Shown here: positions 34,564 through 45,191 of the stretch, piece after piece | Layout: each line of letters starts with the position of its first letter | Position numbering within the stretch: position 1 is the first letter of the stretch | Sequence record: MW272540.1 | DNA: 64,000 nt | Strand: one strand, 5' to 3' | Position numbers and translations under genes: made by a program | Notes under the pieces: generated by a model | The model's input: only the letters and a program-made list of their open reading frames with translations | Told to the model about the DNA's origin: nothing | Database searches by the model: none

Positions 34564-37500
34564 ATGGCAGATCTTAAGAGTTCATCCACGGCTGGGGGTG
34601 GGTTAGTCTGGACACAGACCAATTTACCATTTTCCCCACAGGATATTAAGCTGTTTTATGATGGTAAAGAAATTATAGATAATACAAACAACCAAACAAT
34701 TGGTGGTAATAAAAACTTCACTGGTACTTTGACTTATAAAACACCGTCTTCGTCTAATGAAGTTGCAATAAAAAGTTATGTGGACGGCTTGAATAGTACA
34801 TCTGTTAAATCCGTCAATGGTACTCTACCAATAGTTGTTACTACTGGGGTTAACCCGACTGTATCTATTAATAACGCGACTCAAAGCGCCCATGGTGCTA
34901 TGAGCAAAGAAGACAAGGTTAAACTAGACGGTCTTCCTGTACGTGCGGTAAACCGCGACGGCGATACAATGACTGGTAACCTAGGGTTGGTAAATTTAAC
35001 TGCTACTGGGATGGTTACTGCTACCACTGGGTTAATTAATGCTGACGCAGATTATGGTCAAAGAATGGTCCTTTCTGGTTCGACTGGCTATTTCCAATCT
35101 GGTAAAAAAGACCGTAATCTTGATGACCAAAGAATGATGTTTTCTGGATATCTTGGGGTTCCTCTGAGTTATTCCGCAACAATGATGAAGGATGGCGTTA
35201 ACCCTATCGTTCGTTGGGGGTCTGCGAGTTATGATATTCTTCACCGTGGTAACCTACCTTCGGCAGAAGATATCAAAGCAATGGCAGTATATGACCGTCC
35301 AACCGGTGATGATTGTAACAACGCAACGATGCCGGGTAACTATGGTATCTTTGCGAACACAGCAAATACACCTTTTGGAAGTGGTCCTAGTGGTTCTACC
35401 CTTCTTGTAACTAAATGGGGTAATGGCGCTAACGCACAAATTTTCTTCTCGTATACATCCGACCGGGTTTTCATTCGTCGTCAATATATCGGTGTTTGGC
35501 AGGCATGGACAGAAGTTTATACCTCTGCAAACAAACAACCTGTTGGTGGTATGGGTCTTGGTGTTGGTGACAGTCCAAACGCAATTACTGTAACCGGTGG
35601 GGTCCGAGACTTCAACCTAGTTAAGACAACTGGTGTGTTTACCGTAGATGGTAACTGGTCAAACGGTATTGATAATTCACCAACTGCATCCACACATACT
35701 GGTATGGTAGAAGTTAAACAACGTGCTTTTGATAACATGACTATTCAGACATTCTATTATCATGTGAACGTTGCAGATCTAACCACACAACGTGCATTCA
35801 CACGAATTTGGCAGAATGCATCTACTGGTTGGAGTCCTTGGATCCCTACTGGTGTTTGGGAACAAGTTAATACCTATAGAACTGGGGTGTTAAGACACAA
35901 TAACTCAACTAACGACGATTCAGTTTATCCTTATGTATCTTATACCAAGGAAAAGTATCGTGATGGTGTTGCTGCTGGTGTTGCCTATACAATAGGTGAA
36001 CTAGGATTCCGAGCTGGGACAACCAATAGATATGACCCACATAGCGCAGATCTACTAGCTAGAATAATTGGTCAGGCAGAAAATACAACAACCGCTGGGG
36101 AATATGAAGGTCGCTTGTTCTTAGCTTCCAGATATCGCCGTGGTTCTGACGGATCGACAGGTGATACAAGTACGTTGGTTTTAAGTAGAGCTACTGGTGC
36201 GGAATTCACTCATGCTGGACAAAAAGTAAAACTTAATACCGGGGAAGTTACTGCCAATAAATTTATTGCTGCTAGTGCTGGATATGCTTTGCAATATGCA
36301 AACAACTCACAACAAGGGATCTATTTCGATAACAGAACTATTATTGGTGGTTCGTCGGTTGGGACTGACGGTGTTATTATTCGTCCAAATGGTTCGGGAA
36401 CAATTACCGGGGAAACCACTTTTAATGCGAACGGTACTATTTCAAATAACCAAGCTCCGACTTTAGCAATGCACTTAACCAATAAGGCGTATGTTGATAG
36501 CGTTGCTCTTGGTGGATTTAGTTCTATTATCACCTTGAAAGATACAGATAATCTAAACGATATAAAGACAGCTGGGATTTATAGTCAAGTTGCAAACGCA
36601 AAAGCTTTAACTAGCTTGAACTATCCAGTACAAAAAGCTGGTAACTTAATCGTTACTACTTCCGCTGGGGTAATTCAAAAATATTGGGTATATAACTCGT
36701 CCGAAGTTTGGTCTCGTGCTCAATATTCTACCGGTGGTTGGAGACCGTGGTATCGTGATTATAACGAAGAGTTTAAGCCTACTTCTGCTGATGTTGGAGC
36801 TTTGTCTTTAACTGGTGGTACTTTGACTGGTGACGTTAGATTTAACTCTGGTAACACAACTAGATTGTCTCTTGGTAGTGGTTCCGATTATTACATTGAA
36901 CGTTCTCCGTCTGGATTGACTCTGGCTTCTGGTACAATCAATCCAATGGTTATAGTTGGTGGTCAAACTGGGATTATTTATTCTACATTAAACAAACCGA
37001 CTGCGGCTGATGTAGGAACATTAACAACCAGTCAGATAAACACTGAGTTAGGTAAAAAATTAAATCTAACTGGTGGTACTATGACGGGTGCAATTCGTTG
37101 GGACGCAACTGATGAATATATCAATGCTGCTTCGAACAATATGTATGTGGCTGCTAAATCAGGTACTGTGTATCTGGAAGGTTCTTCTAACCCGATAGTA
37201 AGAATAGGGTCTACAGATTATACAATGTACCACACTGGTAATAAGCCAACAGCTGATGATGTAGGAACATTAACAACCAGTCAGATAAACACTGAGTTAG
37301 GTAAAAAACTAAATCTAACTGGTGGTACTATGACGGGTGCAATCGTATCTGCCAATATTAAAAACGCGATAAGGGTTGATAACCAATCTTCAATTAGTTT
37401 CCAAGAGGGTGCTAATGCGAGATTCCATATACTGACAGAAAGTAATACACTCAGAATAAAACATGGAGATAGTGCCCAAAATCCGATACTACAAATTAGT

Positions 37501-38463
37501 ACATCAACAATGCAATTACAAACACAATTAAATGTAAGATCTGCAATGTATGTGAATGGTGAAGATGGAACTAAGTTGATAGGTTTGGGTGCACCAGAAT
37601 CCTCAGAGATAAACCCTTATATCTATGTAAGAAGAACTGGTGATACTGGAAACATTCGTGTTATGACTTTTGATCAGGGTGAGATTATTGCTAACCAAGA
37701 TCGAATCGCTGCTCCAACTTTCCGAGTTATTAACAATGCTGGATTACAGTTCACCCCAAATAGTAACCGAAGTGGTTTGTCTTGGGGAATGGGTATGGAT
37801 TGGTCTACCGGAACACTTGGTATTCATAAATATCAAGATGGTGTATGGCAGCTTCAACCACTACAAATTAATTCATCTGGTGTTACATCAATTCATTCTT
37901 TAGTTGTTAATAACAACACTGAAATTAATGGGTCTCTAGGTGTTAATAGTGGTTATGTCTCTGTAATTAGTAACAGTAACAACAGATTGGAATTCCACCG
38001 TCCCGGATTCTGGGCCACTATGATCTACATGAACACGAATGGGGATCTTCGTTTCGTATCAAGTAATGGTGCAGGTGGGGAAACTAATGCTAGAATGGTT
38101 CTTTCAACAACCTCCGCAACGTTCACAGGTACTGTTAGTAGTGCTGGTGCGATATATGAGGGTGGTCAACGTGTGTATTCTCCTAATAACCCACAACCGA
38201 TGAATGCGACCAACGTTGGTGTTGCTATGGCAAACCTACCATACGATGCTGTTGGGCAATATGCGTTGATGACAACTGCGGTTGATATCGGTCAACGGGG
38301 TCCCGGTTTCGAAACCGCTGGTTCCAATCTAAGATGGGTGACAGCAGAAGGTAATAACATCTCTAGTATTGTCCCTCCGGGGGTGTGGAGACTGTTAGGT
38401 TTCAACCAAGGTGGTGCGACTTTCGCGAGATGGACAACTTCTTTGTGGCAGCGGGTTCGGTAA
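34564..38463 (+). CDS. Long distal tail fibre (gp36-like N-terminus)
   Basis: MADLKSSSTAGGGLVWTQTNLP resembles the T4 gp36 start; GDTMTG/GGTLTG and KPTAADVG fibre repeats; late promoter at 34521. Confidence 0.92.
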   Translation: MADLKSSSTAGGGLVWTQTNLPFSPQDIKLFYDGKEIIDNTNNQTIGGNKNFTGTLTYKTPSSSNEVAIKSYVDGLNSTSVKSVNGTLPIVVTTGVNPTVSINNATQSAHGAMSKEDKVKLDGLPVRAVNRDGDTMTGNLGLVNLTATGMVTATTGLINADADYGQRMVLSGSTGYFQSGKKDRNLDDQRMMFSGYLGVPLSYSATMMKDGVNPIVRWGSASYDILHRGNLPSAEDIKAMAVYDRPTGDDCNNATMPGNYGIFANTANTPFGSGPSGSTLLVTKWGNGANAQIFFSYTSDRVFIRRQYIGVWQAWTEVYTSANKQPVGGMGLGVGDSPNAITVTGGVRDFNLVKTTGVFTVDGNWSNGIDNSPTASTHTGMVEVKQRAFDNMTIQTFYYHVNVADLTTQRAFTRIWQNASTGWSPWIPTGVWEQVNTYRTGVLRHNNSTNDDSVYPYVSYTKEKYRDGVAAGVAYTIGELGFRAGTTNRYDPHSADLLARIIGQAENTTTAGEYEGRLFLASRYRRGSDGSTGDTSTLVLSRATGAEFTHAGQKVKLNTGEVTANKFIAASAGYALQYANNSQQGIYFDNRTIIGGSSVGTDGVIIRPNGSGTITGETTFNANGTISNNQAPTLAMHLTNKAYVDSVALGGFSSIITLKDTDNLNDIKTAGIYSQVANAKALTSLNYPVQKAGNLIVTTSAGVIQKYWVYNSSEVWSRAQYSTGGWRPWYRDYNEEFKPTSADVGALSLTGGTLTGDVRFNSGNTTRLSLGSGSDYYIERSPSGLTLASGTINPMVIVGGQTGIIYSTLNKPTAADVGTLTTSQINTELGKKLNLTGGTMTGAIRWDATDEYINAASNNMYVAAKSGTVYLEGSSNPIVRIGSTDYTMYHTGNKPTADDVGTLTTSQINTELGKKLNLTGGTMTGAIVSANIKNAIRVDNQSSISFQEGANARFHILTESNTLRIKHGDSAQNPILQISTSTMQLQTQLNVRSAMYVNGEDGTKLIGLGAPESSEINPYIYVRRTGDTGNIRVMTFDQGEIIANQDRIAAPTFRVINNAGLQFTPNSNRSGLSWGMGMDWSTGTLGIHKYQDGVWQLQPLQINSSGVTSIHSLVVNNNTEINGSLGVNSGYVSVISNSNNRLEFHRPGFWATMIYMNTNGDLRFVSSNGAGGETNARMVLSTTSATFTGTVSSAGAIYEGGQRVYSPNNPQPMNATNVGVAMANLPYDAVGQYALMTTAVDIGQRGPGFETAGSNLRWVTAEGNNISSIVPPGVWRLLGFNQGGATFARWTTSLWQRVR
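37008..37343 (+). repeat. Two near-identical 87-bp direct repeats in the fibre gene
   Basis: 37008-37094 vs 37257-37343, one mismatch. Confidence 0.95.
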
Positions 38464-38468
38464 TAAAT

Positions 38469-38486
38469 GGCTCCTTCGGGAGCCTT
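38469..38486 (+). terminator. UUCG hairpin after the fibre gene
   Basis: ggctcc-TTCG-ggagcctt; short U tract. Confidence 0.65.
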
Positions 38487-38503
38487 AATTTAATAGGTAT
38501 TAT

Positions 38504-39004
38504 ATGTTAGAGAAAATGTTGAAATTCGATGAGGGTAGTAAACTAGTAGTTTATTGGGATACCGAAGGGTATCCCACTATTGGTATTGGACACTTGATTT
38601 TGAAATTAAAAACCAAAGATATGGGGTTGATCAACAAAGAACTAAGTTCTCATGTTGGTCGGTCTATATCTAACGGAAAAATAACTGAAGATGAACAAAG
38701 TATGTTGTTCTCAAAAGATCTAGAAGTTGTTAGGTCTTCGATGAAAAAATACGAGAATCTTTGGTCTACTTATGTCGGACTGGATGACGTAAGAAAAACC
38801 GCACTCGAAAATATGGTTTTCCAAATGGGAGCCAAAGGTGTTAATGGGTTTCCTTCCATGCTTCGTGCTATGAGGTCCAAAAGCTGGTCTGAGGCAAAGA
38901 AACATGCTCTTGATAGTGTATGGTCTAGACAAACACCAAATCGAGCTAAGAGAGTTACAGACGTTATTGAGACGGGAACATATAAAGGTTACCCGTTTGT
39001 ATAA
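38504..39004 (+). CDS. e: Endolysin, T4-lysozyme family
   Basis: MLKFDEG..VYWDTEGYPTIGIGH, NMVFQMG, W.RQTPNRAKRV. Confidence 0.95.
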   Translation: MLEKMLKFDEGSKLVVYWDTEGYPTIGIGHLILKLKTKDMGLINKELSSHVGRSISNGKITEDEQSMLFSKDLEVVRSSMKKYENLWSTYVGLDDVRKTALENMVFQMGAKGVNGFPSMLRAMRSKSWSEAKKHALDSVWSRQTPNRAKRVTDVIETGTYKGYPFV

Positions 39005-39006
39005 AC

Positions 39007-39037
39007 AAAAAGGGATCCCATATTGGGATCCCTTTTT
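39007..39037. terminator. Bidirectional terminator at the strand switch
   Basis: aaaaagggatccca-tat-tgggatcccttttt. Confidence 0.92.
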
Positions 39038-39308
39038 ATTCTGCAACCATACAATCGATCATATCGCTGATCTTGCCTGCATCAAATTCTTTTAGAGCTT
39101 CTTTTATTTGGTAATCGGTCATGCTCTTTAGCATGATTTTAAAATTGTGTTGTGTTAGTGGTTTTCCCCGGATAGTGGTGAAACCAAGTTCATTAAGGAA
39201 ATCAATAAATCCGGTTTGTGTATCTAAAATGTCTTCGCAGTCGTATTTTACGAGAATGGATGCAGTTGCAACAATATCTTTTAGAATTTCTACTTTTGTA
39301 TTACTCAT
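39036..39308 (-). CDS. asiA: Anti-sigma70 factor AsiA
   Basis: DIVATASILVKY..EDIL..Q.GFIDFLNELG matches the T4 AsiA N-terminus; 90 aa. Confidence 0.9.
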   Translation of the reverse strand: MSNTKVEILKDIVATASILVKYDCEDILDTQTGFIDFLNELGFTTIRGKPLTQHNFKIMLKSMTDYQIKEALKEFDAGKISDMIDCMVAE

Positions 39309-39553
39309 ATTTTATACATCTTATCTCTTAGGATCACATCTGTTCGTTCTCGAACATCACCCATAAATCTTGCGGTTTTACCATCTTCAAATAAGATAAC
39401 ACTTACTTGGGAATCTGATATTTTATTTTTTTGTATCGACACCTTGACAGATTTCATAACATAATCTTTCAAGTTTATGTGTATTGGTTTCATCTCGGGG
39501 GAAAGTCCAGATACAATACCACCCCCGAATATAATATATTCTTCCATTACCAA
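39305..39553 (-). CDS. Hypothetical protein
   Basis: ORF coupled to asiA. Confidence 0.65.
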   Translation of the reverse strand: MVMEEYIIFGGGIVSGLSPEMKPIHINLKDYVMKSVKVSIQKNKISDSQVSVILFEDGKTARFMGDVRERTDVILRDKMYKI

Positions 39554-39769
39554 TCCCTTTCGTTTTTATTTTTGTGTTTTTTGCCCCGAACCCGATTGGT
39601 TTCTTTCTTTTTATCACTCATAACAGAAGGGCGATTGAAATTATGTTTAGCTACTGGGTTTATATTCATAACCAATATTCCTTTTTGTTAGTTTATATAG
39701 TTAGTTGGGTGAGGTCTCCCCCACCCGATATGAATATAGTCTCATATATTCAGATTTTATGCAAGTGGT

Positions 39770-40219
39770 TTATACCGGAAGAATCCAATATACACCACAA
39801 AACAAAAGAGATACCAACACAATAACAGTCACCAACGCAGCAACGAACAGAAAATTCAAAACTTTGTTCTTGACTTTTCGGTCATCTTCGGTTAGGTCTT
39901 CCCATTTAGTAATAGACCCTTCAATGTCTTTTTCTCCGTCCATTGCACTTTCAATAAACAGAAGGCATATAGGATTCGAATACGCCTTACCAAGGATCCC
40001 TACGCGCTCTTTAGTGAGCTGTTCTAATTGAAACCATTGGAAAAGGGCTAGTGCAATCGAACCAAGAACAATCGGAGGATACATTGTGGAAGCGAATACA
40101 GATGCAATTGCGGCCACAATGAAAAACAACCCCCACGAATGGAGAGCAGTCGAACCAATTTTATTTTTTTCTTCTTGGATCCGAAGTTTAACCTTCGTCA
40201 GTCGAGTAGTAGATACCAT
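39770..40219 (-). CDS. Membrane protein (three predicted TM segments)
   Basis: Hydrophobic stretches at about residues 28-62 and 122-147. Confidence 0.75.
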   Translation of the reverse strand: MVSTTRLTKVKLRIQEEKNKIGSTALHSWGLFFIVAAIASVFASTMYPPIVLGSIALALFQWFQLEQLTKERVGILGKAYSNPICLLFIESAMDGEKDIEGSITKWEDLTEDDRKVKNKVLNFLFVAALVTVIVLVSLLFCGVYWILPV

Positions 40220-40249
40220 TTTATTTTTTCCTCAGTTGTAAAACCGTAT

Positions 40250-41602
40250 TTAGGCTTTATCTTTCTTCAGTGTGTCTTTCAATACAGTCAAGTCCTTGAT
40301 GTATTCTTTTTTGGAATTTGTGGTTTTCCAGTATTCCAGCTCTTTTATTGTTTTGGATAGTTCGTTTTCCAGTTTGGTTATTTCATCGGAAGTCATATTG
40401 AATATAGGCATACCAACGACTTTATCAGAAAACGGCTTCAATTCAACATCAAATGATTGTTCAACTTGGTTGATAAGACCTTTTTTATTTTGAGTAAAAT
40501 CATATTTACCATTTCGAGCGTTGGTAATAAACAATGACTTTGCTTTCAATTCTGGGATCTGTTTAGATAGCTTATCAATCATGTTTTCGATTCTTCGATC
40601 AATCACGGTAACCCGATAATCAACAAAATCCTTGATAAGTTCTGATGTGGTATCGTAAATTCTTAGATCCATTTCTTTTTTAACCATATCAGAATTCGGT
40701 CCGATAGTGGTCAAATCCATATTCAAATTCTCTCTTAGACAGAATTTGTCCATGATATTTTCGTGGGAAGTATCGAAATCTCGCTTGAGAGTCACCCGGA
40801 AGGTAAAACACCCGTCGCCATCAACCTCATCGAAACTTACAACTTGTTCAGACTCGATTAGTTTATTGAGTACAGATACATATTTGATCCGGTCGAAAGA
40901 CAAAGGAATCTCTTTAATAAGAAGCTTGGTTTTCCCTTGAAGTTCGTATAACCCTTCGATAGTCCATTGCCCATCATCTGGGGTATTAACATTACCGATA
41001 AATGACGGAAATTTAATCTTCGGGTTCTTACAATCACCAGTCTTTACATATGAAATACATTCATCAATTACACTGAAAATATCATGTGGTGGTATATTAC
41101 ATGCGTAAGCCGTAGCAATACCAACAATCCCATTAATCAAAACAAACGGAATAATTGGATAATAAAATTTCGGGATTGTATAAGATGTAATTTCATGCGG
41201 TAAAACAATATCAGTATCTTTGAAAATGATATCGAAATTTTTATTCAACCGACTATGAATATATCGGGGTTCTGCCGCATCTCTGATAGCACGAGAGCCA
41301 AAGTTACCTTCACCCTCAAGGATTGGATAATTGTTGTTCCAATCATTGGCAAGAAGGGCAGCCGCACCAAACGCACTTGATGCACCATGGTTATATCCAT
41401 ATTCGCTGATAACACCACAAAGATATTCGTTTTTCTTAAATACGTTTCCTGCGTTTTGGATCGCAGAATACAAAACAAATCTCTGTGATGGTTTGAGTCC
41501 GTCGATGAGTGACGGAAGGGCACGGTTTACAATCGTATAAAATGTATATTCTTTCGCTTCATTTTCAATATATGAGCTAACTTCTCTTACTACTTTTTTC
41601 AT
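40250..41602 (-). CDS. gp52: DNA topoisomerase II subunit gp52 (GyrA-like)
   Basis: RALPSLIDGLKPSQR, YNHG, GEGNFGSR, AAEPRY active-site Tyr. Confidence 0.97.
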   Translation of the reverse strand: MKKVVREVSSYIENEAKEYTFYTIVNRALPSLIDGLKPSQRFVLYSAIQNAGNVFKKNEYLCGVISEYGYNHGASSAFGAAALLANDWNNNYPILEGEGNFGSRAIRDAAEPRYIHSRLNKNFDIIFKDTDIVLPHEITSYTIPKFYYPIIPFVLINGIVGIATAYACNIPPHDIFSVIDECISYVKTGDCKNPKIKFPSFIGNVNTPDDGQWTIEGLYELQGKTKLLIKEIPLSFDRIKYVSVLNKLIESEQVVSFDEVDGDGCFTFRVTLKRDFDTSHENIMDKFCLRENLNMDLTTIGPNSDMVKKEMDLRIYDTTSELIKDFVDYRVTVIDRRIENMIDKLSKQIPELKAKSLFITNARNGKYDFTQNKKGLINQVEQSFDVELKPFSDKVVGMPIFNMTSDEITKLENELSKTIKELEYWKTTNSKKEYIKDLTVLKDTLKKDKA

Positions 41603-41608
41603 ATTACC

Positions 41609-42019
41609 TCAACTTGCTAGACGTCCGTGGATGATAAACTTTCCTCGAACTTTGCTGATCAATTCGTGACCATTGTTCATTTGTCCATATTCTTCCATTT
41701 TTAGAAGATTACGGATCTGACTGTATTTCATGAAATACAGTTTAACAGATTTTCCGCTTTGGAGATAACTATTTACTTCTTGCGCTTGTTTTGTTCTTGG
41801 ACGGCGGATCCGGATCATTGTCTCACCAAACCCCCGTTGTCTTTGTTGGTTCCCCACGTGGGTTGCATATACAACAGAACTATTTGGGGCAGATATGAAG
41901 TAAAACCCTTGGGTTGTGATATCCCCGATCTCATCTAAATTCAAGCCATTGAAGTTACCAACAACCACCGCACCATGTTTAACTAGTTCTTTCGTAGTCA
42001 AATTCTTTTTCATGGTCAA
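41609..42019 (-). CDS. ndd: Nucleoid disruption protein Ndd
   Basis: LT.KEL..GAVVVG, GFYF, VGNQ..QRGF..RIR match T4 Ndd; syntenic with 52. Confidence 0.85.
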   Translation of the reverse strand: MTMKKNLTTKELVKHGAVVVGNFNGLNLDEIGDITTQGFYFISAPNSSVVYATHVGNQQRQRGFGETMIRIRRPRTKQAQEVNSYLQSGKSVKLYFMKYSQIRNLLKMEEYGQMNNGHELISKVRGKFIIHGRLAS

Positions 42020-42578
42020 TCCTCTATCTTCTCGATTCTAGAAAAACTATGTTCTCCAAATGCCTTAAATATTGGATGCTCAATGCGTTGAAAGTTAACA
42101 ATGATCGAGTTCCCACAAGATGACATTTTGAACGGCATAGACCAATGAGTAAAATGTTTTTTAAATGTATCAAAGTATGGACCATTACAATGATCGATGA
42201 AATCCTGTTTACTTTTAAAGCGATACGTGTTCATTTACTCACCTTCACGAAAAAACATACCATTCTTTACCAGAACATGATTGAGGTTATAGATAATAAA
42301 GCCCCGAGTCTCATAAGGGGTAACAACCCGATATTCAACATCTTTCGAATCGTGGTTAACGTGGAAAGAATAAACCCAATCCTTAACCTTCAATTGCAAA
42401 CTAGTAAAACCGGGGACAAACGGCATTACTTCTTTGTATCCTTCACTCTTTTTGATACTAACAAACTCTTTTACTGAAATCATAGGTAAATCCTTCCTCT
42501 ATGGTGCTTTAAATCAATTCTCTACCACAAGACGATACATTGTTCATGTCTAGGCAAGAATTGATTATACATTGAATG

Positions 42579-42692
42579 GTGAGCTATAGCGAGCCACGCG
42601 CTTGCGCGACTCACTTCGTTCGTATTTCTAACTGTAGATCTTCTATATAAATACTTATAGGGAATTTATAATTTGATTACAGATGAAACTAA
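42579..42692. repeat. Copy 2 of the two-module intergenic element (GC module inverted)
   Basis: See 10656-10771. Confidence 0.9.
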
Positions 42693-43168
42693 CCAATCAC
42701 TTTCTTTACAAGAGCACCATCAAACAGCAATCCTTTTTGTTGAGCTGCCTTCTTACAGGCTCCCATCACTTGACCGATGTTTGAACCCACATTGAGTTGG
42801 CTAATGACCTCTTTGATGTGTTCTTCATCGAACACTTTCGGGAGATAGGACCCTAGCAGTTCACGTTCAATCATCAAGTCTGTGAATTTGATGTCAGTTT
42901 TAAGAATATCCATCACTTCTTGATTGGTCATATCGTTTGATACGGATACAACCCGTTTACGGATCTCGGTAACTGCTTCGTCAATGTTTTTAACGAATTT
43001 ACGAATAACCGCTTGAACTTGCTCGTCAGTTACTACCTGATTACCGGAAGGACTTGCTTCACCAATCAGGGTTGTTAGAGCGTTGATACGAACTTTCCCG
43101 TAATGGGTCGAACGATCTTCAGATTTACGGAATGCGATTTGGTCTTTTTTGATTTTTTCAAGCAGCAT
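42689..43168 (-). CDS. GatB/YqeY-domain protein
   Basis: LLEKIKKDQI..RK, TDEQV.AVIRK.VK, E.ELLGSYLPK, NIGQVMG. Confidence 0.85.
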   Translation of the reverse strand: MLLEKIKKDQIAFRKSEDRSTHYGKVRINALTTLIGEASPSGNQVVTDEQVQAVIRKFVKNIDEAVTEIRKRVVSVSNDMTNQEVMDILKTDIKFTDLMIERELLGSYLPKVFDEEHIKEVISQLNVGSNIGQVMGACKKAAQQKGLLFDGALVKKVIG

Positions 43169-43483
43169 TTAATACACCTTTCATATATTGGATAGTTGAT
43201 TTGAGGGTTTCCAGATCTTCTTTACAAGAGTTTTTTTCAACCCAAGCAATAAACGCTAAAACCTCTTGGGCTTCCATAACGTTCAAAGATTTTTTATGCA
43301 TCGCTCGGTTGTATACCGCTTCGATTGCATATTCAGAAGGATTCGCGATACAAACCCATTCTCGATAACGTGGGTAAAGTTCGTAAAACTCATGCATGTT
43401 CAGACGAATAATCATGGTATTTTCCTCTTTGTTTTGATTCGAGACTAATTTAACTCTAATTCTGTTCTGTGTCAAATCTTTTC

Positions 43484-43867
43484 TTATCGGATGGAAATGA
43501 AGCCATAAACACCAGAAGATGAACCGACAGACATCGCGGCCTTCCAATTGTCGATATGACCACGAACATACTTAGAGGCCGATTTCCAACCATTACCTTT
43601 ATGGATATTACCGTTTTCCATATCAACAAACCAAACCATAGATCCTGTGGTTTCTTCTCGACCATAATCATGCATCACGATTCGGGCGAACTTGCGGCCT
43701 ATTTGATAGGAATAGGAACGACGATTCAGGTTAGCTTCGATGAAGGATTCAACATGTTTTTCGTCATAACGAGCCCGCATTTCGGGAAGAACCCGATTAA
43801 ACCAGTTGTCTTCAGAGAAGGAATTCATTTCAGCAACCATGGTTTCGATTTTGTTCAGCATAATCAT
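43484..43867 (-). CDS. Conserved phage protein
   Basis: GRKFARIV...FVDMENGNIHKGNGWKSASKYVRG pattern common in T4-like phages. Confidence 0.7.
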   Translation of the reverse strand: MIMLNKIETMVAEMNSFSEDNWFNRVLPEMRARYDEKHVESFIEANLNRRSYSYQIGRKFARIVMHDYGREETTGSMVWFVDMENGNIHKGNGWKSASKYVRGHIDNWKAAMSVGSSSGVYGFISIR

Positions 43868-44879
43868 TCTCCTAATGGGGTCTCGTTTCAACAGGGATAG
43901 TATCTCACAGCCCGGTTATTCGATCAAGCATTTTTCCACAAAAGTTTTAGCCAATTTGAGTTCTGACACAATGACATCAAAGTAAGCTTGGCGGATGTCC
44001 GGATCTTTTATATCGAATACTTCATTTTTTGTTACGAGTTCATACTTATCAAACATGTTACTGGCCCGGAGTAGGGCTTGAAACACAAAAGTATGATTTT
44101 CGAAGTATGGTCCGGAATTCAGGGCCATCATTGCCGGACCAAAACAATCATTTGAACCCTTAAATTGAAATTCTTTCTCGAAGGTACAAATTGCGATATT
44201 GATCTTACTAATAATTTCTGATTTCATAGAAATATCCTTGATTTTGTGTGTTTTCTTTTCCAACAACCCACATGTTAGCAAAACAACAGTATAAGTCAAC
44301 GTTTTAAATCAACTTTTTCGCAGATTTCTTTATACCGGGTTTTGAGACAGTTCAACCAATGGTTATGAAGCGGGTCATTCTTGCCTGACAGATGTTCATC
44401 CAACATGTCTGTTAGAAGTTGAAAATTGTCCAGAATGTAAGCTTGGTCCTCGATAGAAATAGGATTAAAGCTGATTCCTTGATTTTTAGAGAAAATCCGG
44501 TTTGGTTGTGTCATTTTGTCACCCCGAGATATCGTTTAACTGCTTCTTTCTCTTGATCACTCAGAGAATTGAAGGCATTAATTGCGTTTTGTTCTTCGGT
44601 GGTAACCAGCTTTTCGATCTTGATGATTTGGGTTACTTCATAACTACCATTATCGAATGTATTATAATCATCTTCACCGAAAACTTTATAAGTCGAAACC
44701 ATATCATATTGTGAAGTGTTACGAACATTAATTGTTTTGACAATAAAATAGTCCACATTTCGTGGAACCATATTGTTGTCAATACACCACTGGATAGCGG
44801 AGCTTACTTTTCCATCAAAATATCCAAGATTGTGGACTTCTTCACCAATTTGGCAAGACATAAAAAACATATGATCTCC

Positions 44880-45191
44880 TTAAAATTCGGTTTTTAAAAC
44901 GAGACACCCGTCATCGTCTTTCCAGTCGCCTGATTCAACAAGCACACTATAACATTGATCACAGATAGTATGCAAGGTAGAATCGCTATTTTCTAAAAAA
45001 TTAGACCGATGTTCTTCACAAAAATACTTATCACAGCTGATTTCGTCTTCTCCATGCATACCACCACATGCATAACTCAATCCACGGTTAATTTTCTTAT
45101 TACACCCCGGATGGTCACACGTACCCTCATGAACATACCCGATTGGACGTCCGTTTTTATCTAAACCACAATCACCCCAACTCATAATCAA
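44880..45191 (-). CDS. Cys/His-rich Zn-finger-like protein
   Basis: CDHPGC, CGGMH, CDKYFCEEH, CDQC. Confidence 0.7.
   Translation of the reverse strand: MIMSWGDCGLDKNGRPIGYVHEGTCDHPGCNKKINRGLSYACGGMHGEDEISCDKYFCEEHRSNFLENSDSTLHTICDQCYSVLVESGDWKDDDGCLVLKTEF

Noticed and set aside
37008-37343. Fibre repeats as a DGR template/variable pair
   Set aside because: Only one mismatch (T/C, not adenine-specific on the coding strand), both copies are in frame within the gene, and no reverse transcriptase is in the window.
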